Below are positions 27,796 to 37,751 of a DNA stretch of 64,000 nucleotides, piece after piece. The stretch covers positions 128,001-192,000 of the forward strand of contig CBFGIT010000001.1 in assembly GCA_965648905.1 (NCBI GenBank). The letters are read 5' to 3'. Under the pieces are notes generated by a model. That model saw only the letters and a list, made by a program, of their open reading frames with translations, made no database searches and was not told the origin of the DNA. Position 1 is the first letter of the stretch. Every line of letters begins with the position of its first letter. Source of the DNA: a candidate division WOR-3 bacterium. GTDB taxonomy: Bacteria; Hydrothermota; Tepidihabitantia; Tepidihabitantales; Tepidihabitantaceae. Made by a program: the position numbers and the translations under genes.

Positions 27796-29532
27796 TTGCC
27801 GTACTCGTCCGGGGGAGAGAAGTCTGCCGGGGCAGAACTGCCCCAGCTCGAAGTCCAGAGACAATCATCCGCCGTCACCCGCCAGCAGTCGGTTGCCGTC
27901 ATCGGCACCGGCTACTGGGGAAAGAACCTGGTCCGGGTGTTCAACCGGCTCGGAGCTTTGCGCGCGGTCTGCGACCGTGAACCGGGCCGGCTGACCGGGC
28001 TCGCAACCGGGCCAGACGTGGCACGACTAGACGACCCAGAACAGGTGCTTGCTGACCCGGCAATCGAACGGGTGGTGATTGCCACTCCGGCCAGCACCCA
28101 CTATGAGCTCTGCCGCAAAGCGCTCACCTCGGGCAAAGACGTATTCGTCGAGAAACCGCTGGCCCTGACAGTGCGCGAAGGGGCTGAGCTGGTCGAGCTG
28201 GCCGAGCAGACCGGCCTGATACTTATGGTCGGTCATATCCTCAGATATCATCCGGCGGTGCTCAGGCTGAAGGAGATGATTGACCGCGGCGAGCTGGGCC
28301 GGGTCGAGTACATCTACTCGAACCGGCTCAACCTGGGCAAGCTGCGTACCGAAGAGAACATCCTCTGGAGCTTCGCACCCCATGACATCTCGGTGATCCT
28401 CGCGCTGGCCGGCAGCCTGCCCGAGGCAGTGTCATCCCACGGCGAGGCGATTCTCCAGCGTTCCATCTTCGACGTCACCCTCACCTCGCTCCAGTTTTCT
28501 TCCGATATCCACGCCCACACCTTTGTGTCGTGGTTACATCCATTCAAAGAGCAACGCCTGGTCGTGGTTGGAAGCGAGCAGATGGCGGTGTTTGAGGATT
28601 CGGCGTCTTCGGACAAGCTGACGGTCTATCCGCACCGGGTCGAGTGGCACTCGGGTCGAGTCCCGGTCGCAGTCAAAGGCGAACGCCGGGTCGTGCCGGT
28701 CCCGGCCGAAGAACCGCTGGAGAATGAGTGCTGCCACTTCCTCGAAAGCTGCGCTACCCGGATTCCGCCCCGAACCGACGGGTACGAAGGTCTGGCCGTG
28801 CTCCAGGTCCTGGCTGCGGCTGAAGAGTCGCTCCGGTCCGGTGGCAAGGTTGTGGCCTGCGACCGCAAATGCGAACAACGTGCGCAGGTCAGAATGCAGA
28901 ATGGCGAACGGCGAATGGCGAACGGCGAAAAGCAAGCTTATGTCCACCCGACCGCAATCATCGACCAGGACGTTGAACTCGGAGCCGGTACCAAAGTCTG
29001 GCACTGGACCCATGTCTCCAAAGGAGCCCGCATCGGCCAGAACTGCGTCTTCGGTCAGAATGTCTTTGTCGCCGATAACGTCACGGTCTGCGACAACTGC
29101 AAGGTGCAGAACAATGTATCGCTCTATAAAGGTGTCGTATTAGAACAAGATGTGTTCTGCGGCCCGTCGTGTGTGTTCACGAATGTGCTTGACCCACGGG
29201 CCTTCATCGAAAAGAAGTCAGAGTTCCGGCCTACGCTTGTTCGTCGCGGGGCATCGATTGGTGCAAATGCGACCGTAGTCTGCGGTCACACTTTGGGTGA
29301 GTACTGTCTGGTTGCCGCGGGCGCAGTCGTGACCAAGGACGTACCGGCCCATGCGCTGGTCGCCGGTGTGCCGGCCAAAGTGATAGGCTGGGTCTGCCGT
29401 TGCGGCGCCCGGCTGGCGTTTGAGCCTCAGCCCGGGACCACTCAACATGCTCGATGCGGGACCTGCGGCGAACGCTACACCCGGGACGAGAGCGGAACCG
29501 TGAAGAACGAGAAACAGGAAGAGGTGGCGTGA
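27796..29532 (+). CDS. Gfo/Idh/MocA oxidoreductase (WbpB-like) fused to hexapeptide N-acetyltransferase (WbpD-like)
   Basis: VIGTGYWG, VEKPLA, APHDIS; then VHPTAIID...KVQNNVS...CGPSCVFTN...GVPAKVIGWVC. TTG 27796 has a GGAGG RBS (track start 27754). Confidence 0.85.
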   Translation: MPYSSGGEKSAGAELPQLEVQRQSSAVTRQQSVAVIGTGYWGKNLVRVFNRLGALRAVCDREPGRLTGLATGPDVARLDDPEQVLADPAIERVVIATPASTHYELCRKALTSGKDVFVEKPLALTVREGAELVELAEQTGLILMVGHILRYHPAVLRLKEMIDRGELGRVEYIYSNRLNLGKLRTEENILWSFAPHDISVILALAGSLPEAVSSHGEAILQRSIFDVTLTSLQFSSDIHAHTFVSWLHPFKEQRLVVVGSEQMAVFEDSASSDKLTVYPHRVEWHSGRVPVAVKGERRVVPVPAEEPLENECCHFLESCATRIPPRTDGYEGLAVLQVLAAAEESLRSGGKVVACDRKCEQRAQVRMQNGERRMANGEKQAYVHPTAIIDQDVELGAGTKVWHWTHVSKGARIGQNCVFGQNVFVADNVTVCDNCKVQNNVSLYKGVVLEQDVFCGPSCVFTNVLDPRAFIEKKSEFRPTLVRRGASIGANATVVCGHTLGEYCLVAAGAVVTKDVPAHALVAGVPAKVIGWVCRCGARLAFEPQPGTTQHARCGTCGERYTRDESGTVKNEKQEEVA

Positions 29533-30653
29533 TGATCCCGATGCTTGACCTGAAGCGTGAGTATGAGTTCATGAAGCAGGATATCGATGCAGCTCTGAGC
29601 CGGGCCATGGAGCACCAAGCCTGGATTATGGGGCCTGAGGTGAAGGAGCTGGAGACTAAGGTTGCCGAGTACATCGGCACCCGCTTCGCCCTGGGTTGTG
29701 CGTCAGGAACCGATGCATTGGTCCTGGCCCTGCGTGCGCTGGCGCATGTTCGACACGGCAAGGAGTACTTCAGCCGCGAGGACGAGGTCATCACCACTTC
29801 GTTCACGTTCACCGCGACCGGCGATGCCATCATCCGGGCGGGCGCGACTCCGGTGTTCGTGGACATCGAGCCCGGAACTTTCAATCTGGACCCGGCTCTG
29901 GTGCGCGCCGCAATCACCCCCCGTACAGTCGGAATCGTCCCGGTCCATCTCTACGGTCAGGCCTGTCGGATGGATGAAGTGATGGCGATTGCCCGTGAAC
30001 ACAGGCTGTTTGTGGTTGAGGATGTGGCCCAGGCATTTGGCGCCAGCCTCGCCGGCACAAAATGCGGAGCCTGGGGTGATTGCGGTGCATTCAGCTTTTT
30101 CCCGTCAAAGAACCTGGGCGGGTTCGGCGACGCCGGCATGGTCACGACCAGTGACCCGGCTCTGGCCGCAATGGTCGACATGCTCCGCCGGCACGGGGGC
30201 AAGGACAAGTACAACGTCGACCATCTGGGCTACAACAGCCGGCTGGACACACTCCAGGCCGCGGTTCTCCTTGCCAAACTGAAGCACCTTGACACGTTCA
30301 ACAGTCTGCGCCGGCGGATTGCCGGCCACTACTCACAGGCCTTCACTTCGCTTTCGGGTATTACCATTCCAACTGCCTGCAACGGGAATCATGTGTTCCA
30401 CCAGTATACCATCCGCTCCCGCAGCCGCGACCGCCTCGCCGAAGAACTGAAGAAACGCGGGGTCGCGACCATGGTCTACTACCCCGTGCCCCTGCATCAG
30501 ATGAAGGTCTTTGCCGGCCGCTCCTGCACCCCCGCCCCGCTCGAGCATTCGGAAGAAGCCTCCCGGGAAGTCCTCAGCCTGCCGATTGAGCCGCTACTCT
30601 CCGACAAGGAGCTCGCACTGATTGTGACCGCAGTAACCGAGGCGGCCACGTGA
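29532..30653 (+). CDS. DegT/DnrJ/EryC1/StrS aminotransferase (WbpE-like)
   Basis: SGTDAL, VHLYGQ, EDVAQA, SFFPSKNLG, NSRLD. ATG overlaps the upstream stop. Confidence 0.9.
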   Translation: MIPMLDLKREYEFMKQDIDAALSRAMEHQAWIMGPEVKELETKVAEYIGTRFALGCASGTDALVLALRALAHVRHGKEYFSREDEVITTSFTFTATGDAIIRAGATPVFVDIEPGTFNLDPALVRAAITPRTVGIVPVHLYGQACRMDEVMAIAREHRLFVVEDVAQAFGASLAGTKCGAWGDCGAFSFFPSKNLGGFGDAGMVTTSDPALAAMVDMLRRHGGKDKYNVDHLGYNSRLDTLQAAVLLAKLKHLDTFNSLRRRIAGHYSQAFTSLSGITIPTACNGNHVFHQYTIRSRSRDRLAEELKKRGVATMVYYPVPLHQMKVFAGRSCTPAPLEHSEEASREVLSLPIEPLLSDKELALIVTAVTEAAT

Positions 30654-30688
30654 AAGGGGAAGGACAGCGGCAAAAGGCAGAATAGAGA

Positions 30689-32038
30689 ATGCAGACTGCG
30701 GAGTGCGGACCGGCCGGAGCGCAGGGCGCAGGGCGCAGGGCGTCCCTGGTGGCGATGCTGGCCGGAACAGCAGCCCTGCTGGTTGCCCTCGGGGCCTGGT
30801 TTGGCCCGCGGCTCTGGCTGCCTGTTCTCGGCCTCGGTCTCGCCGCCGCGCTGCTGAAGTGGCCCGAGGTATGCCTGCTGCTCTTCCTCACCGCGGGCAC
30901 GTTCAAGCTGGAGCTGGCGACCCTGCTTCAGTCCGAGATTGACGTCACCCTGGTTCTTGCCTTGGTCCTGGGGCTTGGTCTGGGCCTGCGCCTTCTCCGC
31001 CCACCGTCATCACCCCTCAATCAGCAGTTATCCATCACTCGTCACTCATCACCATTTCTTCCCTTCCTCGGCCTTGCCCTCCTCGTGCTGGTATCTGCGC
31101 TGGTTCACCCCGACACAACCTATGGCTCGGCCAAGGCGGTCCGTTTTGCCAGCCTGACCGGGCTGGCGCTCGCTGCCGGGTACATGGTTCTGAAGGACCG
31201 CGCGCGGCTGACGCGATTCCTTGCCGGCAGTGCCCTGATGGGGGTAATGATGGTAGTCATGGGCCGCGTCACCTCTGCCGGCCTGACCGCGTTCAACGCC
31301 ACCCACATCGCCACCGGCCGAATCATCGGACTGGGCCTGCTTGGCGCGCTGTACCTGATGCTCCGTGTCCGGAGCAAACCGGGCCGGGTTGTGCTGCTCG
31401 CCGCGATCGTAGCGCTCGGTTTCGGTTTTCTGTATTCGGGCAGCCGGGGCAGCCTGGTCGCGCTTCTGGCAAGCGTGCTCTCTGTTGCCGTGGCTGCGTT
31501 CCGGTTCCGCCGGGGTCGGCGTCTGGTGATTGCCATGGCTGTGGTCCTGGGGCTGGCCGCCACAACTGTCACGTTCGTGTTTCCGGCTGCGGCCGAGACA
31601 ATGAACTCGCGGGTTGTCGCGGTCTTTGAGGACGCAGGTTCGGTCGGCTCGGCAACAGGACGGCTGCACCGGGCCGAGGACGCCTTGGAGCTATTCCGCG
31701 ACCATCTAGTGTTCGGGGTCGGCATCGGCGGGTTCGACTTGGCGCGCGGGTATGCGGACGGTCAGCGCGGAGATTACGCGCACAACATCCTGCTCGAGGT
31801 CGGCTGCGAACTGGGGATACTTGGTCTGGCCCTGCTCCTCGCCCTGATACTTCCAGCCCTGTCCCGCTCAACCCGGGCTCTGGCCCTGACCCGGACCCGG
31901 GACGAGTTCGCGACTGCGGCGGTGCTCCTTGCAGTACTCGTCTACTTCCTGGTCAATGCCATGTTTTCCGGTGACCTGAACGACAACCGCCTCCTCTTTG
32001 CCGGTCTTGGGATGTGTGGCCGGGCGGTAGCTGCGTGA
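30689..32038 (+). CDS. O-antigen ligase / Wzy-family membrane protein
   Basis: Many TM helices; SGSRG, FGVGIGGF, YAHNILLE. Confidence 0.8.
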   Translation: MQTAECGPAGAQGAGRRASLVAMLAGTAALLVALGAWFGPRLWLPVLGLGLAAALLKWPEVCLLLFLTAGTFKLELATLLQSEIDVTLVLALVLGLGLGLRLLRPPSSPLNQQLSITRHSSPFLPFLGLALLVLVSALVHPDTTYGSAKAVRFASLTGLALAAGYMVLKDRARLTRFLAGSALMGVMMVVMGRVTSAGLTAFNATHIATGRIIGLGLLGALYLMLRVRSKPGRVVLLAAIVALGFGFLYSGSRGSLVALLASVLSVAVAAFRFRRGRRLVIAMAVVLGLAATTVTFVFPAAAETMNSRVVAVFEDAGSVGSATGRLHRAEDALELFRDHLVFGVGIGGFDLARGYADGQRGDYAHNILLEVGCELGILGLALLLALILPALSRSTRALALTRTRDEFATAAVLLAVLVYFLVNAMFSGDLNDNRLLFAGLGMCGRAVAA

Positions 32039-33489
32039 TGAACCGGCCTCTGCGAACCGTTGCTGCCCGCGGTGCTATCTGGACCGCTGTTGCCCAGGTC
32101 GGCGGACAACTCCTCATGCTCGGGGTCAACGTTGTCCTTGCTCGTCTGCTCACGCCGGCAGAGTTCGGGACTGCCAGCGTGGCGCTGGTCAGTGCGCTGG
32201 TGCTGTCGGCGGTGACGCAGATGGGTCTTGGAGCCGCAATCATCCAGCGGGCGAAAGTAGAAGCATGCCACTACGACACGGCTCTCTGGACAAGCGTCCT
32301 GGCCGGGGTAGGTCTGGGTATGGCCTTCTGTGCGTCTGCCGTCCCAATCGCCGGACTGCTCAGGAACCCGGCTCTGGTCCCGGTCCTGCGGCTGTACTCA
32401 ACTCTGTTTCTCCTCGGCGGTGTGTCGTCAGTCCAAGGGGCGCTGCTGACACGCGAGTTCCGCTTTCGCGACCTTGCTCTGGCCGGGCTGGCCGCACGTC
32501 TGGCTGGCGCTATCGTATCGGTCGGCTTGGCATTCTGGGGCTTGGGCGTGATGGCGATTGCCTGGGGATATGTGGCACTCAACGGAGTGAACGCCGCGTT
32601 GACCATGGTCCTGAGCAGACATCTCAGGCGACCGGGCCGAGAAGTTTCGCTGGCCGCGCTCAAGGAGATGCTCGGATTCGGCTCCGGTATCATGGGCATG
32701 AACCTGCTCAACCAGCTAGCAAACGGGCTGGACGTTCTTGTGGTCGGCCGGGTCATGGGCGCGTCGAACACCGGGTTCTATTCGGTTGCGAACCAGCTTG
32801 TCACATACGTTCCGGGCCGACTCGGTGCGACCCTGAGCACGGTCGCTTTCCCGGCCATGGCGCGGGTGCAGGAGAACAAGGCGCGGCTGACCCGAGCCTA
32901 TCTTGACCTGACCGGGTTCACCGCCATTGTGACTCTACCGATACTCGCCGGAACCGCGGTACTCGCGCGCGACCTGGTCCCGGTGCTCTTCTCTGCCAAG
33001 TGGTCTGGGGCCTCATTGCTGGTGCCGGTTCTTTCGGTGTACGGCGCAGTGGTGGCGTTCGACTGGGTCTGGACCCAGGTCTTGAAGGCTTTGGGGCGTT
33101 CGTGGAGCATTGCCGGAATTGTGGGCCTGAGGGTTACCGGACTCGTGGGTGCGGTGGTACTGGGCGCGCGCTGGGGTCTGGTTGGCGTTGCCTGGGCAGT
33201 GGCCGGGTTCGGCCTGGTCTACTGGCTCGCCTACCAGTTGGTTGTGGGCCGGGCGCTTGGATTGGGCCTGGCCGCGTACTGCCGGGTCCTGGCCCGTCCG
33301 CTGGCCGGGTCCGCACTGATGGCGCTGGTTATGGCAGCGCTTCGAGCCAACCTGGCAGGAGCGATTGTTGCCGGAGTTGCAGTGTATTGCCTGGCCGCAC
33401 TGACCCTGAACCGGAAGGTGGTACGCGAGCTGTTCGAAATGGCGAAAAGCGAACGGCAGATGGCGAACGGCGGGCAGGCATGCGCATAG
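32038..33489 (+). CDS. wzx: Wzx-type polysaccharide flippase
   Basis: LARLLTPAEFG, GLGAAIIQ, GFYSVA, many TM helices; start at ATG 32038. Confidence 0.85.
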   Translation: MNRPLRTVAARGAIWTAVAQVGGQLLMLGVNVVLARLLTPAEFGTASVALVSALVLSAVTQMGLGAAIIQRAKVEACHYDTALWTSVLAGVGLGMAFCASAVPIAGLLRNPALVPVLRLYSTLFLLGGVSSVQGALLTREFRFRDLALAGLAARLAGAIVSVGLAFWGLGVMAIAWGYVALNGVNAALTMVLSRHLRRPGREVSLAALKEMLGFGSGIMGMNLLNQLANGLDVLVVGRVMGASNTGFYSVANQLVTYVPGRLGATLSTVAFPAMARVQENKARLTRAYLDLTGFTAIVTLPILAGTAVLARDLVPVLFSAKWSGASLLVPVLSVYGAVVAFDWVWTQVLKALGRSWSIAGIVGLRVTGLVGAVVLGARWGLVGVAWAVAGFGLVYWLAYQLVVGRALGLGLAAYCRVLARPLAGSALMALVMAALRANLAGAIVAGVAVYCLAALTLNRKVVRELFEMAKSERQMANGGQACA

Positions 33490-34625
33490 CCATGCTGACC
33501 TCGGTCCATGCGTGGAACGACGTGCGCATCTATGAGAAAGAGGCGCAGAGCCTGGCCGAGCGCGGGCATCAAGTGGTTGTCGTCGGACCGGTGGACAGCG
33601 GACGCACGTCAGCAGGCAGAATGCAGAATGCGCAATGCAGGACTGCCGGGGCGCATGTTGAGCATGTGCCGGTCAGCATACCGAAGAAGCGGGTGGCGCG
33701 GATGGTTGTCGGCGGCCTGAGGATGCTTTGTTCCGGGCTGAAGCAACAGGCGGATGTGTACCATTTTCATGACCCTGAGCTGCTGCCGGTCGGACTGATC
33801 TTGCGGCTGATGGGCAGGCGGGTGGTCTATGACGTGCATGAGGACTACCCGGAGCAGATACTGTCCAAGCACTACCTGCCGATCTGGCTGCGCCGGACCG
33901 TGGCCCGGGCATTCGGCCGAGGCGAGAAGCTCGTGGCCCGACTGCTCGACGGCGTGGTTGCCGCAACCGACCACATTGCCAGCAGGTTCAACGGAACCAA
34001 GGTGGTGGTGGTGCGGAACTACCCAAAGACGGGCGAACAGCGCACGACGAATGGTGCAAGACGAACGGCCACGGAGCCGTTCCGGGTCTGCCATCTGGCC
34101 GGAACCCTGACCGAAGAGCGCGGAGTAAGCAGCTTGGTCCGGGCGATGGAGTATCTGGGTGACGGCTTTGAGCTGGTCCTGGCCGGCCGGTTCGTACCCG
34201 AGGCATATGAGGATGAGATTCGTACCCTGGCCGGGTTCAGGTGGGTCCGCTGCCTCGGAGTTGTGCCCCATGCTGAGGTCTGGCGCTGGTACGCACAGTC
34301 CGACGTCGGCGCAGTCTGTCTGCTTCCCGTGCCCCGGTTTCAGGTCAGTCTGCCGGTGAAGCTGTTCGAGTTCATGTCGGCCGGTCTTCCAGTCGTTGCG
34401 TCGGATTTCCCGCTGTTCCGGGAAATTGTCGAAGGCAGCGATTGCGGGATGTGCGTGAATCCGGAGGCGCCAGCAGAAATCGCCCGGGCGGTGCGTCGAC
34501 TGGCAGGGAACGAGGAGGAACGGAGCCGCATGAGCGCACGGGGCATGGCGGCGGTCAGGACCCGGTACAACTGGGAAGCAGAGGTAGAGAAGCTGGTCGG
34601 TCTCTATGAGGAGATGGAGAGATGA
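33480..34625 (+). CDS. GT4 glycosyltransferase
   Basis: TSVH...DVRIYEKE, YHFHDPEL, YDVHED, PVKLFEFMSAGLPVVASD; start at ATG 33480. Confidence 0.9.
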   Translation: MRIAMLTSVHAWNDVRIYEKEAQSLAERGHQVVVVGPVDSGRTSAGRMQNAQCRTAGAHVEHVPVSIPKKRVARMVVGGLRMLCSGLKQQADVYHFHDPELLPVGLILRLMGRRVVYDVHEDYPEQILSKHYLPIWLRRTVARAFGRGEKLVARLLDGVVAATDHIASRFNGTKVVVVRNYPKTGEQRTTNGARRTATEPFRVCHLAGTLTEERGVSSLVRAMEYLGDGFELVLAGRFVPEAYEDEIRTLAGFRWVRCLGVVPHAEVWRWYAQSDVGAVCLLPVPRFQVSLPVKLFEFMSAGLPVVASDFPLFREIVEGSDCGMCVNPEAPAEIARAVRRLAGNEEERSRMSARGMAAVRTRYNWEAEVEKLVGLYEEMER

Positions 34626-35656
34626 ACCGAGCATGGGAGCCGAAGGTAAGTCTGGTGGTGGTGTGTCGCAATGAGGAGAAAAGCATCGCGGCCACGCTTG
34701 AGTCGCTGTTCTCTCAGGACTATCCGGCTGAGCTGATTGAGGTTGTGGTTGTCGACGGAATGAGCACCGACCGGACCAGGGAAGTGATTCACAGAACGTG
34801 CGACCTGAAGGCCAGGTATCGAGTCAGGGTCCTGGACAATCCGGAGCGGGTCGCACCGACCGGATTGAACATCGGAGTTGAGGCTGCTTCCGGCGAGGTG
34901 GTCTTTGTGATGGGTGCCCATGCCCGGTATTCGCCAAACTACGTCTCGGGCGCAGTCGATGCTCTGGCCCGGTTTGGCGCTGACGCGGTCGGCGGCGCCG
35001 TGAGGACCGTGCCTGGAGCCGCTACCGCGCTGGCCCGCTCAATTGCCCGGGCGCTCGGCTCCCGGTTCGGCGTGGGCAATTCCCTGATGCGCGTGGGCGT
35101 GCCCGAGGCTCAGGAGGCCGACACTGCCGCATATGCCGGTTACCGACAGACCGTGTTCCAGCGGGTCGGGCTGTTTGACCCGCGTCTGGTAAGAAACCAG
35201 GACATCGAGTTCAACTTGAGGATGCGGCGGGCTGGGATGAAAATCGTTGTCGAACCCGCGATTCAGAGTCTGTATCAGGCACGACCAACCCTGTCCGGCC
35301 TGGCGCGAAATGCGTTTGACAACGGGTTCTGGGTCATTCACGGCGCGCGGTTCTCTCACCGGCCGTTTGCCCTGCGCCATCTGGTCCCTCTTGGGTTTGT
35401 CGTCTCGCTGGTCGTGACCGGACTCATGGCCGCGATTGTGCCCGCTGCCCGTTTGTTGTTCGGCGCACTGGCCGGCACATATCTTGCCGTTGATCTGGTC
35501 GCGTCGCTTGCCGGACGCGGAGGCCCGATTCGGGTACGACTCTGGCTGGTAGTGGTCTACCCGGTTCTGCATCTCTCATACGGCCTGGGCTCGGTCTGGG
35601 CCGCGGTCCGCCCGGTGCCGCGCGTCGGACGCGCTATTGCCGGAGGCAGCCCATGA
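34622..35656 (+). CDS. GT2 glycosyltransferase (ExoA-like)
   Basis: CRNEE, VVDGMSTD, RNQDIEFNLR, HLSYG. Confidence 0.9.
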   Translation: MNRAWEPKVSLVVVCRNEEKSIAATLESLFSQDYPAELIEVVVVDGMSTDRTREVIHRTCDLKARYRVRVLDNPERVAPTGLNIGVEAASGEVVFVMGAHARYSPNYVSGAVDALARFGADAVGGAVRTVPGAATALARSIARALGSRFGVGNSLMRVGVPEAQEADTAAYAGYRQTVFQRVGLFDPRLVRNQDIEFNLRMRRAGMKIVVEPAIQSLYQARPTLSGLARNAFDNGFWVIHGARFSHRPFALRHLVPLGFVVSLVVTGLMAAIVPAARLLFGALAGTYLAVDLVASLAGRGGPIRVRLWLVVVYPVLHLSYGLGSVWAAVRPVPRVGRAIAGGSP

Positions 35657-36570
35657 GCCTGACGAACGCCCTCAGCGCCGCCGGGATTGGTCTCGTGACG
35701 TCGTTCGGACTTTCTGCCTGGCTGACAAAGCTGGCCGAGCGCTACAACTGGCACGACCGGCCAGGTGATGTACTAAAGGTCCATGTGCGGCCGATTCCCA
35801 TGGTCGGCGGGTTCGGGGTCTATGTCGCGTTCAGCCTTGTGGCCTTGATTCAGACCGGGACCGCGGTCCTGGCCGGCGTCGGGCTGGTTTCGCTTGCGCT
35901 CGGAGCCTGGGACGACTTCCGGTGGAAATCACACGCCGTGCCTGGAACCAAGTTCATGCTCCAGCTAGGTGGGGCTGCGACAATGCTCTGGCTCTTGCGG
36001 GCTGCCGGGGTTCGGCTCGAAGGCGCACCAGCCTGGGTCTTCTGGCTGCTTGGACTTGGCTTCGTTGTCGGCGGGATGAACGCGCTCAACCTCGAAGACG
36101 GCATGGACGGACTGGCCGCAGGCGAAGCAGCACTGTCCGCACTCGGGTTCTCCTTCCTACTGCACCATCAAGGCCTCTCCGGTCCGGCTCTGGCCGGAGC
36201 GGCTTTGGCCGGAGCCCTGCTCGGGTTCCTTGCCCTCAACTGGCATCCGGCTCGTCTCTTTCTCGGTGACGGCGGCAGCCATCTTACCGGCGCGCTCCTG
36301 GCCGGACTGGCCCTTGTCTCAATCGACCGAGCTGGCGCTCATCTCGTCCTGCCCGCGATTCTCATCATCGGCCTGCCGGTCTTTGACACGGTCTGGGTCA
36401 TCACCCGCCGCCTAGCCGCAGGCCGCAGTGTCACGACCGGAGACCGGGGCCACCTCTACGATGTCCTCTTCGATGCCAACCACTCGGTGCGCAGGACCGT
36501 TGCCATTTGCTGGCTGGTCCAGCTCGGATTTGTCATGCTCGGACTGGTGCTTGCATGGCTCGGAACATGA
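35653..36570 (+). CDS. MraY/WecA-family undecaprenyl-phosphate sugar-phosphate transferase
   Basis: GAWDD, NALNLEDGMDGLA, NWHPARLFLGDGGS, GDRGHL. Confidence 0.85.
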   Translation: MSLTNALSAAGIGLVTSFGLSAWLTKLAERYNWHDRPGDVLKVHVRPIPMVGGFGVYVAFSLVALIQTGTAVLAGVGLVSLALGAWDDFRWKSHAVPGTKFMLQLGGAATMLWLLRAAGVRLEGAPAWVFWLLGLGFVVGGMNALNLEDGMDGLAAGEAALSALGFSFLLHHQGLSGPALAGAALAGALLGFLALNWHPARLFLGDGGSHLTGALLAGLALVSIDRAGAHLVLPAILIIGLPVFDTVWVITRRLAAGRSVTTGDRGHLYDVLFDANHSVRRTVAICWLVQLGFVMLGLVLAWLGT

Positions 36571-37751
36571 TTCCGCTTTCTGGGGCTGACATCGGCCCGG
36601 CCGAAAAAGCGGCGGTCGCCCGGGTGCTTGAGTCCGGACGGCTGAGCCTTGGGCCCTGTGCGCTGGAGTTCGAACGCCTGGTGGCAGACTACGTTGGAGT
36701 CAAACACGCGGTCGCGGTCAGCTCGGGCACGGCCGGACTCCATCTTGTGGTTCGTGCGCTGGGCTTGAAACCCGGAGACGAAGTCATTACCACGTCATTC
36801 AGCTTCGTCGCCTCGGTCAACTGCCTGCTCTACGAAGGGGTGAAACCGGTCTTTGCCGACATCGACCCGGCAACCTTGTGCATTGACCCGCTCCAGGTCG
36901 AGAAGCTCATCACCCCCCGGACCCGCGCCATCCTCGCCGTCGATGTCTTTGGCCGGCCGGCTGACTGGCCCGCACTCGAAGCGATCGCGCGCAGACACCG
37001 TCTGGTACTGATTGAAGACTCCTGCGAAGCGCTCGGCTCAAGCCTGGGTTCGCGCCGCTGCGGCAGCTTTGGCGACGCCGCGGTCTTTGCTTTCTACCCT
37101 AACAAGCAGATTACCACCGGTGAAGGCGGCATGATTGTCACGCGCCACCGCCGTATCGCCGACCTGTGCCGCAGCATGGCCAACCAAGGCCGTGCCCTGC
37201 GGGCAGGCCCGCACTTACCAGCCTGCTGGCTTGAGCATGTCCGGCTCGGGTACAATTACCGGTTGAGCGAGCTGGCCGCAGCCTTAGGATGCGCCCAGAT
37301 GAAACGTCTCGACCGGATTGTCAAACGCCGGCGTATCGTTGCCCGACGCTATGACCGTCTTCTCGCCCACGTACCCGGCGTCCGTCCGGTCCTTCCTCAC
37401 TCTTCACTCCTCACTCCTCGCTCCTCACTCGAGATGAGCCCCTTTGTCTACTGCGTCCGTCTCGCCCCCGGCCTCTCCCGCGCGCGCGTCATGGCCGGAC
37501 TCCGCAACCAGGGAGTAGCCTGCGCCGACTACTTCCGACCGATTCACCGCCAGCCCTGTTTCCGCAAGACCTTTCCCGGCCACGAGTTCCCGAACCTGCC
37601 CGTTACTGAGGCGGCCGGGCGCGAACTCGTGGCCCTGCCATTTTTCACCCGCCTGTCAAGCACCGACCAGCAGCGGGTTGTCCGCGCACTCACTCGCGCC
37701 CTGGAGAATACCATTCGCCGTTCACCATGGAGGAATCATGCAGCAAGATAG
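36567..37751 (+). CDS. DegT/DnrJ/EryC1/StrS aminotransferase
   Basis: SSGTAGLH, EDSCEALG, FYPNKQITTGEGG, GYNYRL; start at ATG 36567. Confidence 0.9.
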   Translation: MIPLSGADIGPAEKAAVARVLESGRLSLGPCALEFERLVADYVGVKHAVAVSSGTAGLHLVVRALGLKPGDEVITTSFSFVASVNCLLYEGVKPVFADIDPATLCIDPLQVEKLITPRTRAILAVDVFGRPADWPALEAIARRHRLVLIEDSCEALGSSLGSRRCGSFGDAAVFAFYPNKQITTGEGGMIVTRHRRIADLCRSMANQGRALRAGPHLPACWLEHVRLGYNYRLSELAAALGCAQMKRLDRIVKRRRIVARRYDRLLAHVPGVRPVLPHSSLLTPRSSLEMSPFVYCVRLAPGLSRARVMAGLRNQGVACADYFRPIHRQPCFRKTFPGHEFPNLPVTEAAGRELVALPFFTRLSSTDQQRVVRALTRALENTIRRSPWRNHAAR

